A stretch of 64,000 nucleotides of DNA from Candidatus Dormiibacterota bacterium (lineage in GTDB: Bacteria > Chloroflexota > Dormibacteria > Aeolococcales > Aeolococcaceae): the NCBI GenBank assembly GCA_963777285.1, contig CAVZPR010000002.1, positions 338,733-402,732 on the forward strand, given 5' to 3'. The notes under the pieces are model-generated. The model saw only the letters and a program-made list of their open reading frames with translations, made no database searches and was not told where the DNA came from. Below, piece by piece: positions 22,714-31,680 of the stretch. Position 1 is the first letter of the stretch; each line of letters begins with the position of its first letter. The translations under genes and the position numbers were made by a program.

Positions 22714-23175
22714 TTAGCCGAGCTTGACGATCTTGACCCGGCGCGTGCCGCCGGGGCTCTGCACCTCCACCTCGTCACCGACCTTGTGGCCGAGGAGCGC
22801 CTTGCCCACCGGAGATTCCATCGAGATGCGTCCTTGCGACACGTCGACCTCGGCGGGCCCGACGATGGTGAAGGTCTGCTTGCCGAACTCGTCCTTGACG
22901 TCGACCACCGAACCCACGCGCACCTCGCCCTCGCCGTCCGTCTCCTCGATGATCACGGCGTTGCGGATCATGTTCTCCAGCACCAGGATCCGGCCCTCGA
23001 GCATTCCCTGCTCGTTCTTGGCGTCCTCGTACTCCGCGTTCTCCGAGATGTCACCGAAGTCCTTGGCATACTTGATGCGTTCAGCGACCTCGGACCTGCG
23101 AACGGTCCGCAGTTCCTCGAGCTCTCGCTCGAGCTTGGTGAGGCCGTCCTTGGTGAGCAGGACCGGCTTGTCCAT
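22714..23175 (-). CDS. greA: transcription elongation factor GreA
   Basis: 153 aa, canonical GreA N-terminal coiled-coil and C-terminal FKBP-like domain. Confidence 0.9.
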   Translation of the reverse strand: MDKPVLLTKDGLTKLERELEELRTVRRSEVAERIKYAKDFGDISENAEYEDAKNEQGMLEGRILVLENMIRNAVIIEETDGEGEVRVGSVVDVKDEFGKQTFTIVGPAEVDVSQGRISMESPVGKALLGHKVGDEVEVQSPGGTRRVKIVKLG

Positions 23176-23289
23176 GGCAATTCAACCTCGAGTCATCCCT
23201 GGGACCGCCCCAAACGCGGCCGCCGCAGGGGATAGCGGAGTATAGGCGACGTCCCGCCTTTTGAGAGGTAACGGAATGTCCGAACCGCG

Positions 23290-23318
23290 TTGACGGGATC
23301 TGATATCTTCTCTATCAT
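23290..23318 (+). promoter_or_regulatory. sigma70-like promoter TTGACG-17 nt-TATCAT upstream of repeat-protein gene
   Basis: TTGACG 23290-23295, 17-nt spacer, TATCAT 23313-23318, in an AT-richer intergenic stretch. Confidence 0.4.
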
Positions 23319-23506
23319 GAGAGAGCCTGCCCAAGGTGGGCCGGCTGCCCTTTGCCCCCCCTCTCGGGGCGTCCTTGGTCTCCAGGGGCGCCCTTTTTTT
23401 TGTCCGTCGAAGGAATGGCGCCCGTCCGCCGGGAAGATCCGGCGCCGTACGTGGTACAAGTGCGCCAGCGGTCTCTGCAGAGCTGCAGCCAGCGGAGGTG
23501 CATCTC

Positions 23507-24910
23507 GTGGGTGCTGGGCGTGCTCGGTTCACGGTAGACCGGGGGCGTCGGCGGGCACGGGTGGCGGTCTTCGGATCGCTCATTGCCCTGCTGGCGTGCG
23601 CGCTTGGCCTCTCAACGGCTGCCGCAGCCACCACCTGGACGATCGTCCCGTCGCCGAACGTCACCACCACGCACGCGAACCGGCTCGACGGCGTGAGCTG
23701 TCTCAGCTCGTCGTTCTGCTTCGCCGTGGGCAACTACGAGACGAACACCCCCGCCGGTGGGCACGGCGACCCCTTCGTCACGCTGAATCTCGTCGAGAAG
23801 TGGAACGGCAGCGCCTGGAGCATCGTTCCTTCGCCCAACCCTGTCAGCAACGGGAACGTCAATCTCGCGGGGGTTAGCTGTACTGGCACCGGTTTCTGCG
23901 TGGCCGTCGGCAACTACGTTTCCAAAGCACCGGAGCGTGAGCATCCCTTGGCCGAGCGTTGGAACGGAACAGCATGGAGCCTCGTGTCGGCACCTGATTC
24001 GCCGAAGCACAGCTCCACCGGTCTATCGGGCGTGAGCTGCGTCGACACCGCGTTTTGCATGGCGGTCGGCTCTTCCGGGCCTGCCCCCGGCACCCTCGGT
24101 CCTGTGTCGACGGTCGCGGAACGCTGGAACGGAAGTGCGTGGGGCCTGCTGACCACGCCTGACCCAAGTCCCATCCAGGCGGAATTGAGCGACGTGAGCT
24201 GCACCAGCAGCGGTTTCTGCTTCGCGGTGGGGAACCAAGCGGCCACCTTCGGTGGCACGTCACAGACGCTCAGCGAGCGGTGGAGTGGCAGTGCATGGAC
24301 CGTGGTCCCAAGCCCCGACCCCACGACCACCCACCCGGACTTCCTCGGCAACGTCAGCTGCACGGGATCCAGCACGTTCTGTATGGCAAGCGGGACATAC
24401 TCCACCGGCAGCGAGGTGCTCCCGCTCATGGCGCGCTGGAACGGCTCGGCGTGGAGCGAGGTCGCTGCCGCCTCCCGGCCCGGGTCTACTCAGAATGCTC
24501 CCGCGGGCATCACCTGCCTGGGACAGACGTTCTGCGCCACCGCCGGTTTCACGAATCCGTCACCTGCCTCGACGCTCGTCGAGCAGTGGCAGGGCTCGAC
24601 CTGGGCGATCTCCCCGTCGCAGAACACCGGCGGCGGCCACCCCGACGCCTTCGCGTCGGTCAGCTGCGCGTCTCTCAGTTTCTGCGCAGCCGTGGGGACG
24701 TCAGGACCGGTACCGCCTGCCAACGGTCCCACGGACACGCTCATCGAGCTCGGACCGGCCGGGACCGTCAGCGGGCCCGGCGGGCCGGGCGTGCCGAACA
24801 CGGGTGCCGCACCGGCTCTCGGGCTCCTTTTGCTGCCCACGGGGGCCGTGCTTGCATGCGCAGCCGTGGTCGGACACCGGCGCGATCCAGCGCGCGGCGG
24901 CTCAACGTGA
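23507..24910 (+). CDS. secreted cell-surface protein with 7 tandem ~50-aa Cys-containing repeats (W[NSQ]G[ST]AW..VPSP...VSC....FC.AVG) and C-terminal LPXTG-like sorting signal
   Basis: Signal peptide RRRARVAVFGSLIALLACALGLSTAAAA; GTG 23507 with GGAGG 9 nt upstream; C-terminus VPNTGAAPALGLLLLPTGAVLACAAVVGHRRD (motif + hydrophobic + basic tail). Confidence 0.6.
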   Translation: MGAGRARFTVDRGRRRARVAVFGSLIALLACALGLSTAAAATTWTIVPSPNVTTTHANRLDGVSCLSSSFCFAVGNYETNTPAGGHGDPFVTLNLVEKWNGSAWSIVPSPNPVSNGNVNLAGVSCTGTGFCVAVGNYVSKAPEREHPLAERWNGTAWSLVSAPDSPKHSSTGLSGVSCVDTAFCMAVGSSGPAPGTLGPVSTVAERWNGSAWGLLTTPDPSPIQAELSDVSCTSSGFCFAVGNQAATFGGTSQTLSERWSGSAWTVVPSPDPTTTHPDFLGNVSCTGSSTFCMASGTYSTGSEVLPLMARWNGSAWSEVAAASRPGSTQNAPAGITCLGQTFCATAGFTNPSPASTLVEQWQGSTWAISPSQNTGGGHPDAFASVSCASLSFCAAVGTSGPVPPANGPTDTLIELGPAGTVSGPGGPGVPNTGAAPALGLLLLPTGAVLACAAVVGHRRDPARGGST

Positions 24911-24930
24911 CAGCGCAACGAGGTGGACAC

Positions 24931-25506
24931 ATGGCGGTGCGTCTGACGCTCAGCCTGGCAATGTGCGCGGTGGTGACTCTTCTCGCCGCATGCGGAGGCG
25001 GCGCGACCTCGCCGCAGGGCAGTCCGTCGCCGGGAGGAGGATCGGGAGGGACCCCCGCCGGCACATCCACCGCCACCGCCGCCCCGGCCATACCCTCGCC
25101 ATGTTCGCTGTTCACGCAAGCGGACGCCGCGACGATCAGCGGCGACCAAGGAGTGTCCACATTCACGAATTCGAAGTACCTGTGCATCTACGGTGCCGGT
25201 GATCCGGCGAACTGCGGCGAGCAGGCGATCTTCTCGATCCTCCCGAGCAGCCACGCGACGCCGGATGTGCTGCAGGGTGCCGCCAAGGCGAACGTGGGCA
25301 AGAGCGCCACGTTTCAACAGGCCTCGGGCATCGGCGACCTCGCCTACAGCTTCACGGCCGACAACGCGGGCTGCAAGGCGGGCGGCGTGGTGTTCGCGAA
25401 GGGAGGCTTCCAAGTCTTGCTGTACGGCATCTCCACGACGAGGGGCGGCGGTACCATGGCAGCGGACGCCGCACCGATCGCAATGAGGATCGCGGGGCAG
25501 ATCTGA
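24931..25506 (+). CDS. lipoprotein, unknown function
   Basis: Lipobox VTLLAAC; AGGTGG SD; 191 aa; starts 21 nt after upstream stop. Confidence 0.55.
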   Translation: MAVRLTLSLAMCAVVTLLAACGGGATSPQGSPSPGGGSGGTPAGTSTATAAPAIPSPCSLFTQADAATISGDQGVSTFTNSKYLCIYGAGDPANCGEQAIFSILPSSHATPDVLQGAAKANVGKSATFQQASGIGDLAYSFTADNAGCKAGGVVFAKGGFQVLLYGISTTRGGGTMAADAAPIAMRIAGQI

Positions 25507-25529
25507 GCCCCGGCCACGCGGCTGCGAGA

Positions 25530-26606
25530 TCAGCCGTCGCCGCTGGTGAAGATCGGCTGGAACCAGCCCTGCGGGCCGAGGCCGGCGCGCAGCGCGCGGT
25601 CCAGGATGTCGTCCAGTCGTTCCCGGCTGTCCATGTCTTGCACCATGGCCCGCAGGCGCGCCGCACCCCTGCAGCCGCGAATCGCCCAGGCAACGTACTT
25701 GCGGCCGATGCGCAGCGCCTTGTGCTCGCCGTGGTACGCGCACAGCAGGTCGAGGTGACGGCGCGTCAATTCCATACGCTCAGCAAAGGAGAGGTCGCGC
25801 ACGAACCCGCCCGTGCGCACGTGCTCCGCCGCCTGGTGCACGAACCACAGATTGCCCAGCATCCCTCGCGCGATCACCACGCCGTCGACCATGCCGGAGC
25901 GGATGCGCGCGCCGATCGTCGCCACGTCGTCCACGTCGCCGCTGCCGAACACCGGGATTTCGACACTCTCCTTCACGCGCGCGATCTCGCTCCAATCCGC
26001 GCTGCCCAGATAGCGCTGGTTGCGCGTGCGGCCGTGCACGGTCACCGCGCTGACGCCGCCGTCCTGCAGCGCACGTGCGAGCTGCGGTGCGTTGATGCTG
26101 GCATGGTCCCACCCGGTGCGCATCTTCACGGTCACCGGTACGGTCACCGCGCGCACCATCGCGGCGAGCACGCGCACCGTGGCCGCGATGTCGCGCGCCA
26201 GGGCGGCACCACCGCCGCGCGTGACCACGCGGGGCACGGGACACCCGAGGTTGACATCCACAACGGCGGCGCCGCGCGCCGCGCATACCTGCGCCGCCTC
26301 CGCCATCACCGAAGGGTCGCATCCCACCAGCTGCGCAGCCACCGGCGAGACACCGGCCGGGAAGTCGAGCAACGCCAGGGCCGCGTCGGCTCCGCGCACG
26401 ACTGCATCCGCCGACACCATCTCCGTCGACACGAGCCCTGCGCCGAAGCGGCGCGTCAACTCGCGGCAGGGCACGTCGGTGATGCCGACCATCGGAGCCA
26501 CCAGCACCGGCGACGTGAGCTCGAGACCGCCGATGCGCACAGCGAGCGCAGGGCTTCGCGTGAGGACCATGCTCGCGATGGTAGCGGGGCCCGCCGCTGC
26601 GCTCAC
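25530..26606 (-). CDS. tRNA-dihydrouridine synthase (Dus family)
   Basis: VLVAPMVGITDVPCRELTRRFGAGLVSTEMVSADAVV..., FMN-binding TIM barrel; GTG start overlaps coaX stop (GTGA). Confidence 0.85.
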   Translation of the reverse strand: MSAAAGPATIASMVLTRSPALAVRIGGLELTSPVLVAPMVGITDVPCRELTRRFGAGLVSTEMVSADAVVRGADAALALLDFPAGVSPVAAQLVGCDPSVMAEAAQVCAARGAAVVDVNLGCPVPRVVTRGGGAALARDIAATVRVLAAMVRAVTVPVTVKMRTGWDHASINAPQLARALQDGGVSAVTVHGRTRNQRYLGSADWSEIARVKESVEIPVFGSGDVDDVATIGARIRSGMVDGVVIARGMLGNLWFVHQAAEHVRTGGFVRDLSFAERMELTRRHLDLLCAYHGEHKALRIGRKYVAWAIRGCRGAARLRAMVQDMDSRERLDDILDRALRAGLGPQGWFQPIFTSGDG

Positions 26607-27367
26607 ACGTTCTGCTGGTGGATGAGCAGTAGCCCGTTCAAGGTAAGGCGCTCGTCGACGACGTCGATGACATCGATCAGCGGTGCCATGTGCGCCGCGA
26701 GCCCGCCCGTCGCGATGACCTTTGCCTTGCCTCCCATCTCCGCCTGGAAGCGCGCCACGAGCCCCTGCACCAGCCCCACGTAGCCGAACACGATTCCCGA
26801 CTGCATGCTGGTGATCGTGCTGCGCCCGATGGCCGCCGGCGGTGCATTCAGCTCGACGCGCGCCAGCCGCGCGGCATGGCTCACCAGCGCATCGTGGCTG
26901 ATCTGGATCCCGGGCGCGATCGCGCCACCGAGGTAGTCGCCCGATGCGTCGATGGCGTCCAGCGTCGTCGCTGTGCCGAAATCGACGAGAATCGCCGGTC
27001 CGCCGTAGTGGTGCTTCGCCGCCAAGGCGTTGGCGATGCGGTCGGCGCCGACCTGGCGCGGATCGTCGTAGTGGATGCGAACGCCGCTGCGGATGCCCGG
27101 CCCCACCAGCATCGGCTCGCGCCGGAAGTATTCGCGTGACAGGTCTTCGAGCGTGCGCGAGAGGGTGGGCACGACGCTGCTCACGATCACCGCGTCCACC
27201 ATCGCAGGCGCGATGTCGCGCCGTTCCAGCAGGTCCACCAGCACCAGGCCAAGCTCCTCACCCGTGGCACGGTCGTCCGTGTGCAGACGGAAGTCCGCCA
27301 CCAGCTCCTCGCCATCGAAGACGCCGACGACGATGTTCGTGTTGCCCACGTCGATGGCGAGCAGCAT
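26603..27367 (-). CDS. coaX: type III pantothenate kinase CoaX
   Basis: MLLAIDVGNTNIVVG..., GTATTLD, ASKHD-fold motifs; 254 aa; the upstream 255 codons of the 509-aa ORF-track ORF are spurious. Confidence 0.85.
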   Translation of the reverse strand: MLLAIDVGNTNIVVGVFDGEELVADFRLHTDDRATGEELGLVLVDLLERRDIAPAMVDAVIVSSVVPTLSRTLEDLSREYFRREPMLVGPGIRSGVRIHYDDPRQVGADRIANALAAKHHYGGPAILVDFGTATTLDAIDASGDYLGGAIAPGIQISHDALVSHAARLARVELNAPPAAIGRSTITSMQSGIVFGYVGLVQGLVARFQAEMGGKAKVIATGGLAAHMAPLIDVIDVVDERLTLNGLLLIHQQNV

Positions 27368-27379
27368 GGCGCCGAGTGT

Positions 27380-28243
27380 ATGCATCATCGCCCCGTGATC
27401 GCGCTGCTCGACATCGGTGGCACGAAGCTCGCCGCCGCCGTTTCGTCCGGCGACCGCGCGCTGGGTCCGGTGCGGCGGGTGCCCACGCGCGAGGAGGATC
27501 CCGCGGGTCAGCTGACGTCGCTGCTCGACGCCGTCCTGGACGGCGACCCCACGGCGCTGGCGATCGCCGTGCCCGGCCCCTTCGACCGTGACGCCGGAGC
27601 ACTGATCGATCCCCCCGGGATGCCGGTGCCCTGGCGCGGCCTGCGGCTGCGTGACGAGCTCGGCGCCCGCTACGCCTGTTCCGTGTTGGTGGAGAACGAC
27701 GCCAACTGCGCGGCTCTGGCCGAGGCGCGGTGGGGCGGCGGGCGCGACGCCGGGACCGTCGTGTACTTCACGGTGTCGACGGGGATCGGCACCGGGGTGG
27801 TGCGCCACGGCGCGATCGCGCTGGGGCGCCACGACACCGAGGGTGGGCACCAGGTGCTGTGGCCGGAGTGGGCCGGGGGTCCCCGCTGCCACTGCGGCGG
27901 AGCGGGGTGCCTCGAGGCGCTGGCCAGCGGGCTCGCGATCGAGCGACGCTTCGGGCGCCGCGGCGAAGCCCTCGACGATCCCACAGCCTGGGAGGACGTG
28001 GGCCGCTGGCTCGGGCTGGGCGCGGTGAATGCCATCGCCCTGCTGGACCCCGACGTGGTGCTGTTCGGCGGCGGCGTCTGCGCCGCCTGGGACCGCTTCG
28101 CACCCGCCCTGCACGCGACGGTCGCGGCGCACCTCCGGCTCCAGCCGGTGCCACTAATCGGCCGCGGAGAGCTGCCCGAAGCGGAGCGCAACCTGCTCGG
28201 GGCGCTCGCCCTGGCATCGCCGCCGCCGTCCGGAAGCGGGTAG
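27380..28243 (+). CDS. ROK-family sugar kinase/regulator
   Basis: ALLDIGGTKLAAAV, zinc motif CHCGGAGCLEALASG; ATG at 27380. Confidence 0.8.
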   Translation: MHHRPVIALLDIGGTKLAAAVSSGDRALGPVRRVPTREEDPAGQLTSLLDAVLDGDPTALAIAVPGPFDRDAGALIDPPGMPVPWRGLRLRDELGARYACSVLVENDANCAALAEARWGGGRDAGTVVYFTVSTGIGTGVVRHGAIALGRHDTEGGHQVLWPEWAGGPRCHCGGAGCLEALASGLAIERRFGRRGEALDDPTAWEDVGRWLGLGAVNAIALLDPDVVLFGGGVCAAWDRFAPALHATVAAHLRLQPVPLIGRGELPEAERNLLGALALASPPPSGSG

Positions 28244-28256
28244 GCTGGCCGCCGGT

Positions 28257-29123
28257 ATGCCGGGCGTCAGGATCGTCTGCGACAGCACCGCCGACCTGGA
28301 ACGCGACTTCCGGGAGGTCCACGGCGTCCGCGTCGTGCCCTTGAAGGTGATCTTCGGCGACGAGGTGTTCGAGGACGGCGAGACCATCCAGGCTGCGGAC
28401 TTCTATGCCCGGATGCGCGCCTCGGCCGTGCACCCGCGTACGTCGCAGCCGACGCCCGCCGAGTTCGAGGAGGTGTTCCGGGACGTGGGGCGGGACGGCT
28501 CGACGATCGTGTGCACCACCATCTCAGCCAATCTCAGCGGCACCTACACCTCGGCGGTGCAGGCGCGCGCTGCGCTTCCGGACCAGGACATCAGGGTGAT
28601 CGACACACGGAGCGTCGCCGTGGGGCACAACGCGGTGGTCCACGAGGCGGCGGCCGCCGCCACGTCCGGCGGCGATGCCGCCGCTGTCGAGGCGGCCGTG
28701 CACCGGGTCATCGACACGCAGCAGCTGCTCTTCACGGTGGAGACGCTGGAGTACCTGCGCCGCGGTGGCAGGATCGGAGGCGCCCGCGCCCTGCTGGGCT
28801 CGATGCTGGACATCAAGCCGATCCTCGAGATCCGCGACGGCGTCATCGAGCCGGTCGACCGCGTTCGCACCTACCAGCGAGCGCTCGACCACATCGCCAA
28901 GGCGGTGCGGACAGCCTCACGCGAGTGGGGCGGCGCCGACGTCGTGGTGGGGCATGGCGATCACGAGGCGGTGGCCTCGGCGCTGGTGGAGAAGATGCGG
29001 CCCTGGGTGACCCCCGGCGACGTCATCCTGGTCGACGTCGGCCCGGTCATCGGCTGCCACTCAGGGCCGGGGGCGATAGGCGTGGGCTATCGGCCCCTTG
29101 CGCCTGGCCGCGCGACCAAGTAA
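28257..29123 (+). CDS. DegV-family fatty-acid-binding protein
   Basis: 288 aa; DegV pattern (RIVCDSTADL..., TSQPTPAEF..., LRRGGRIGGARALLGSMLDIKPIL). Confidence 0.8.
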   Translation: MPGVRIVCDSTADLERDFREVHGVRVVPLKVIFGDEVFEDGETIQAADFYARMRASAVHPRTSQPTPAEFEEVFRDVGRDGSTIVCTTISANLSGTYTSAVQARAALPDQDIRVIDTRSVAVGHNAVVHEAAAAATSGGDAAAVEAAVHRVIDTQQLLFTVETLEYLRRGGRIGGARALLGSMLDIKPILEIRDGVIEPVDRVRTYQRALDHIAKAVRTASREWGGADVVVGHGDHEAVASALVEKMRPWVTPGDVILVDVGPVIGCHSGPGAIGVGYRPLAPGRATK

Positions 29124-29168
29124 AATCCAGGTTGGCCAACCGACCAAGACACAGGGAGCGATCAGGCC

Positions 29169-29657
29169 ATGAGTTTCGCCGACAGTGACCTCCACCTGGA
29201 CGAGGCGGTCCGCCCCCAAGGACATTCCGACGGGATCGTCGATTCGCTGCTCGCCGCCCCGCTCTTCGCCGGCATCCAGCGCGAGGAGATAGTGCAGATC
29301 CTCGAGCGCTTCGATGAGGAGAGCTTCGCCACCGGCCATCGCATCACCATGCAGGGGCTGCGCGGCTCGGACTTCTTCATCCTCGTCGACGGCGGGGCCC
29401 AGGTGCTCGTCGACGCGCACGTGGTGGCGCGCCTGCAGCGCGGCGACTTCTTCGGCGAAGTGGGCGTGATGACCGCGGGCGGGCTGCGCACGGCGACGGT
29501 GGAGGCGGAGACGGCGCTGCGTTGCCTGGTGCTGCCGCACCAGGGACTGGAAGCGCTGCTGGTCGAGCATCCGCAGCTGGGCGTAAACCTGCTGCGCGTC
29601 GTGCTCACACGCTTTCGCAGCGTCACCGCGGCGGCCAGCCGCGAGGCTGGGAGTTGA
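29169..29657 (+). CDS. cyclic nucleotide-binding (cNMP) domain protein
   Basis: Single CAP-family cNMP-binding domain (FFGEVGVM...RTATVEAETALRCLVL), no DNA-binding domain. Confidence 0.6.
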   Translation: MSFADSDLHLDEAVRPQGHSDGIVDSLLAAPLFAGIQREEIVQILERFDEESFATGHRITMQGLRGSDFFILVDGGAQVLVDAHVVARLQRGDFFGEVGVMTAGGLRTATVEAETALRCLVLPHQGLEALLVEHPQLGVNLLRVVLTRFRSVTAAASREAGS

Positions 29658-29700
29658 GGCCCCAGCGCCTGAGCTAGGATTGGCGCCAAGGTAGCCAGAC

Positions 29701-30408
29701 GTGCAAGACCAAGCAATCGCCGGAGCTCCCGCGGGGGCGCCACCACTCGCGGCGCCGGGCGTCAGGGACGAGGTGGGGCGCAGGGGGCAGATCGTCCGGG
29801 CGGCGAGCACGACGCTGGCCCGGCAGGGCTACAACGACACCTCGCTGAAGGACGTCGCCCGGGAGGCCGGGGTCGCCCCGGGCCTGCTCCACTACTACTT
29901 CGAGTCCAAGCAGGAGCTGCTGCTCGAGGTGGTCTCGGCGATGGAGCGGGAGATGACCCAGGACTGGCAGGCGGCCGTCGCCGACATCGAGGACCCGCTG
30001 GAGCGCATCGTGGCCGCCCTGGACCACGCCGCGCTGCGCTGCTCGGAGCGCCCCGAGTTCTTCCGCCTGCTCTTCGACCTTTACAACCTGGGCCTCAGCA
30101 GCCCGGCCATCCGCGTTCGCTGCGCCGAGATGTGGGAGAGCTTCATCGACGACATCGAGGCGGAGGTGCGCCGCGTGCTGGGCCGCCTCCCTGCGTACGC
30201 GGTGGTGCCGCCGCGTGACCTCGCCGGCGCCGTCGCCGGCGCCATCGACGGCATCGCCCTCTCCGGCCTGGTGATGCAGCGCTCGCCGCGCGAGCTGTAC
30301 CACGCGCTGAAGGTGCTGCTGCTGTCGCTCGTGGTGACCGCCTACGTCACCGCCGGCCAGGAGCCGCCGGTCGGGCGCCTCACGGAGCTGCTGGCGCGCC
30401 GTAGCTGA
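29701..30408 (+). CDS. TetR-family transcriptional regulator
   Basis: HTH RQGYNDTSLKDVAREAGVAPGLLHYYFESKQELL. Confidence 0.75.
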   Translation: MQDQAIAGAPAGAPPLAAPGVRDEVGRRGQIVRAASTTLARQGYNDTSLKDVAREAGVAPGLLHYYFESKQELLLEVVSAMEREMTQDWQAAVADIEDPLERIVAALDHAALRCSERPEFFRLLFDLYNLGLSSPAIRVRCAEMWESFIDDIEAEVRRVLGRLPAYAVVPPRDLAGAVAGAIDGIALSGLVMQRSPRELYHALKVLLLSLVVTAYVTAGQEPPVGRLTELLARRS

Positions 30409-30643
30409 CGTGGAGCCGTCAGCGGTTGGATGCGTGCGAGTCTCTCAGGCGCGGCACGACGGCTGGGCACGGCTGCACGTCTGCTCCGCTCAGACAACCG
30501 GATCGCCTCGAACGATCGCGCGGCTGCGCCATTTTCGCGCTCTGTTCTCGGCGACCGGAACTCGCCGCAGACGTGCAGCGCGCGCCCAGCCGCAGTGACC
30601 CACGTCGGGCCATGCTCAACGGTCCAATGGTGCCGGTGACCGC

Positions 30644-31018
30644 GTGATGCAGCTCCGCTGCCCGAACGGCTGCGATGGTCAGCGCTTCGAGGCGCTCAAC
30701 GCGCCGCTGATCGTCGACGCGGCCGGGCGGTACGTCGAGCACCGGTCCCGGGCGGCGACCTACGTGTGCGCCCAGTGTCAGGCGGTGGCCGTGGACATCG
30801 CCGCGGCGGCGCGCGAGATGCACCGCCGCGAGAGCCCGGCGCAGCAGGCACTGGTGTGCCCGGCGTGCGGGCTGGAGATGCTGCCGCCGGAGGACGATCC
30901 CTTCGCTGCGGTTGTCGAGTGCCCCGGCTGCGAGACGCGCTTCGGCGTCGAGGAGGGAACGCGGTACCTGCTCGGCGGACCGGCCCTCGACGACGCAGGC
31001 GGCGATGATGATTTGTGA
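30644..31018 (+). CDS. zinc-ribbon protein (four CxxC pairs), unknown function
   Basis: CPNGC...CAQC...CPAC...CPGC; high GC3. Confidence 0.45.
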   Translation: MMQLRCPNGCDGQRFEALNAPLIVDAAGRYVEHRSRAATYVCAQCQAVAVDIAAAAREMHRRESPAQQALVCPACGLEMLPPEDDPFAAVVECPGCETRFGVEEGTRYLLGGPALDDAGGDDDL

Positions 31019-31213
31019 CGCTCGCCGTGCGGCTTCACAGCGTCGAGACTGAGCATCGCATCCCGCACAGCGCGATCCGATACCGCTTAGGAATCCTTTA
31101 CAGCGTGTGTCGCCGGCGCCATCGGCGCGTCCCCTCAAGGCCCGTATAACCGTGGACGGGTCAGTCAGGGGACTGAGGCGGGACCGCGAAAACGCTCACT
31201 GGGGAGAAAGCTG

Positions 31214-31579
31214 ATGGGGGCCACCGAGAGATCGTGGCTGCGGGGCGCGATCGACAGCGCACGCGGCTCATCGAGGACGTTGCGGGTGCGCGGGAGCCTC
31301 GCACTCATCGCCGCCTGCGCAGGAGTCGCCGCCCTGCCATTCGCCACGGGGGTGCTCGACGCACCGGTGGCCGCATCGGTCGGCGCGACCGCCACGCACA
31401 GCAGCGGGTGCACGTCGACCGCGGACACATCCGGCTCGGCGATGGCCCGCAGGGTCGGGACGCAGGCCGGTGCGCCGACGCCGCGGAAGGTGTCGGCCGA
31501 GGTGAACGGGCCGATGTACCGCAAGGTGGCGCTCAACGTGAGCACCGACGGGTGCACGCAAGCCACGCTGTGGGGCTGA
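31214..31579 (+). CDS. small secreted hypothetical protein
   Basis: GGGGAG SD 7 nt upstream; signal-like SLALIAACAGVAALPFA; high GC3; followed by hairpin terminator. Confidence 0.4.
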   Translation: MGATERSWLRGAIDSARGSSRTLRVRGSLALIAACAGVAALPFATGVLDAPVAASVGATATHSSGCTSTADTSGSAMARRVGTQAGAPTPRKVSAEVNGPMYRKVALNVSTDGCTQATLWG

Positions 31580-31637
31580 ATGAACATCTGAAACTCACCT
31601 GATCGCTCCGGGCGATCGGTCGGGAGCACCTGAAGGA

Positions 31638-31664
31638 CGGGGGCCGGCACAGCGCCGGCCCCCG
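31638..31664. terminator. bidirectional GC-rich hairpin CGGGGGCCGGC-acagc-GCCGGCCCCCG between convergent genes
   Basis: Perfect 11-bp stem; no strong U-tract (usual in high-GC genomes). Confidence 0.45.
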
Positions 31665-31680
31665 TTCTCGCATCCGAGCA

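Noticed and set aside
26603-28132. 509-aa ORF containing CoaX
   Set aside because: CoaX homology begins at the internal ATG 27367; the upstream 255 codons are Arg-rich nonsense antisense to the ROK gene
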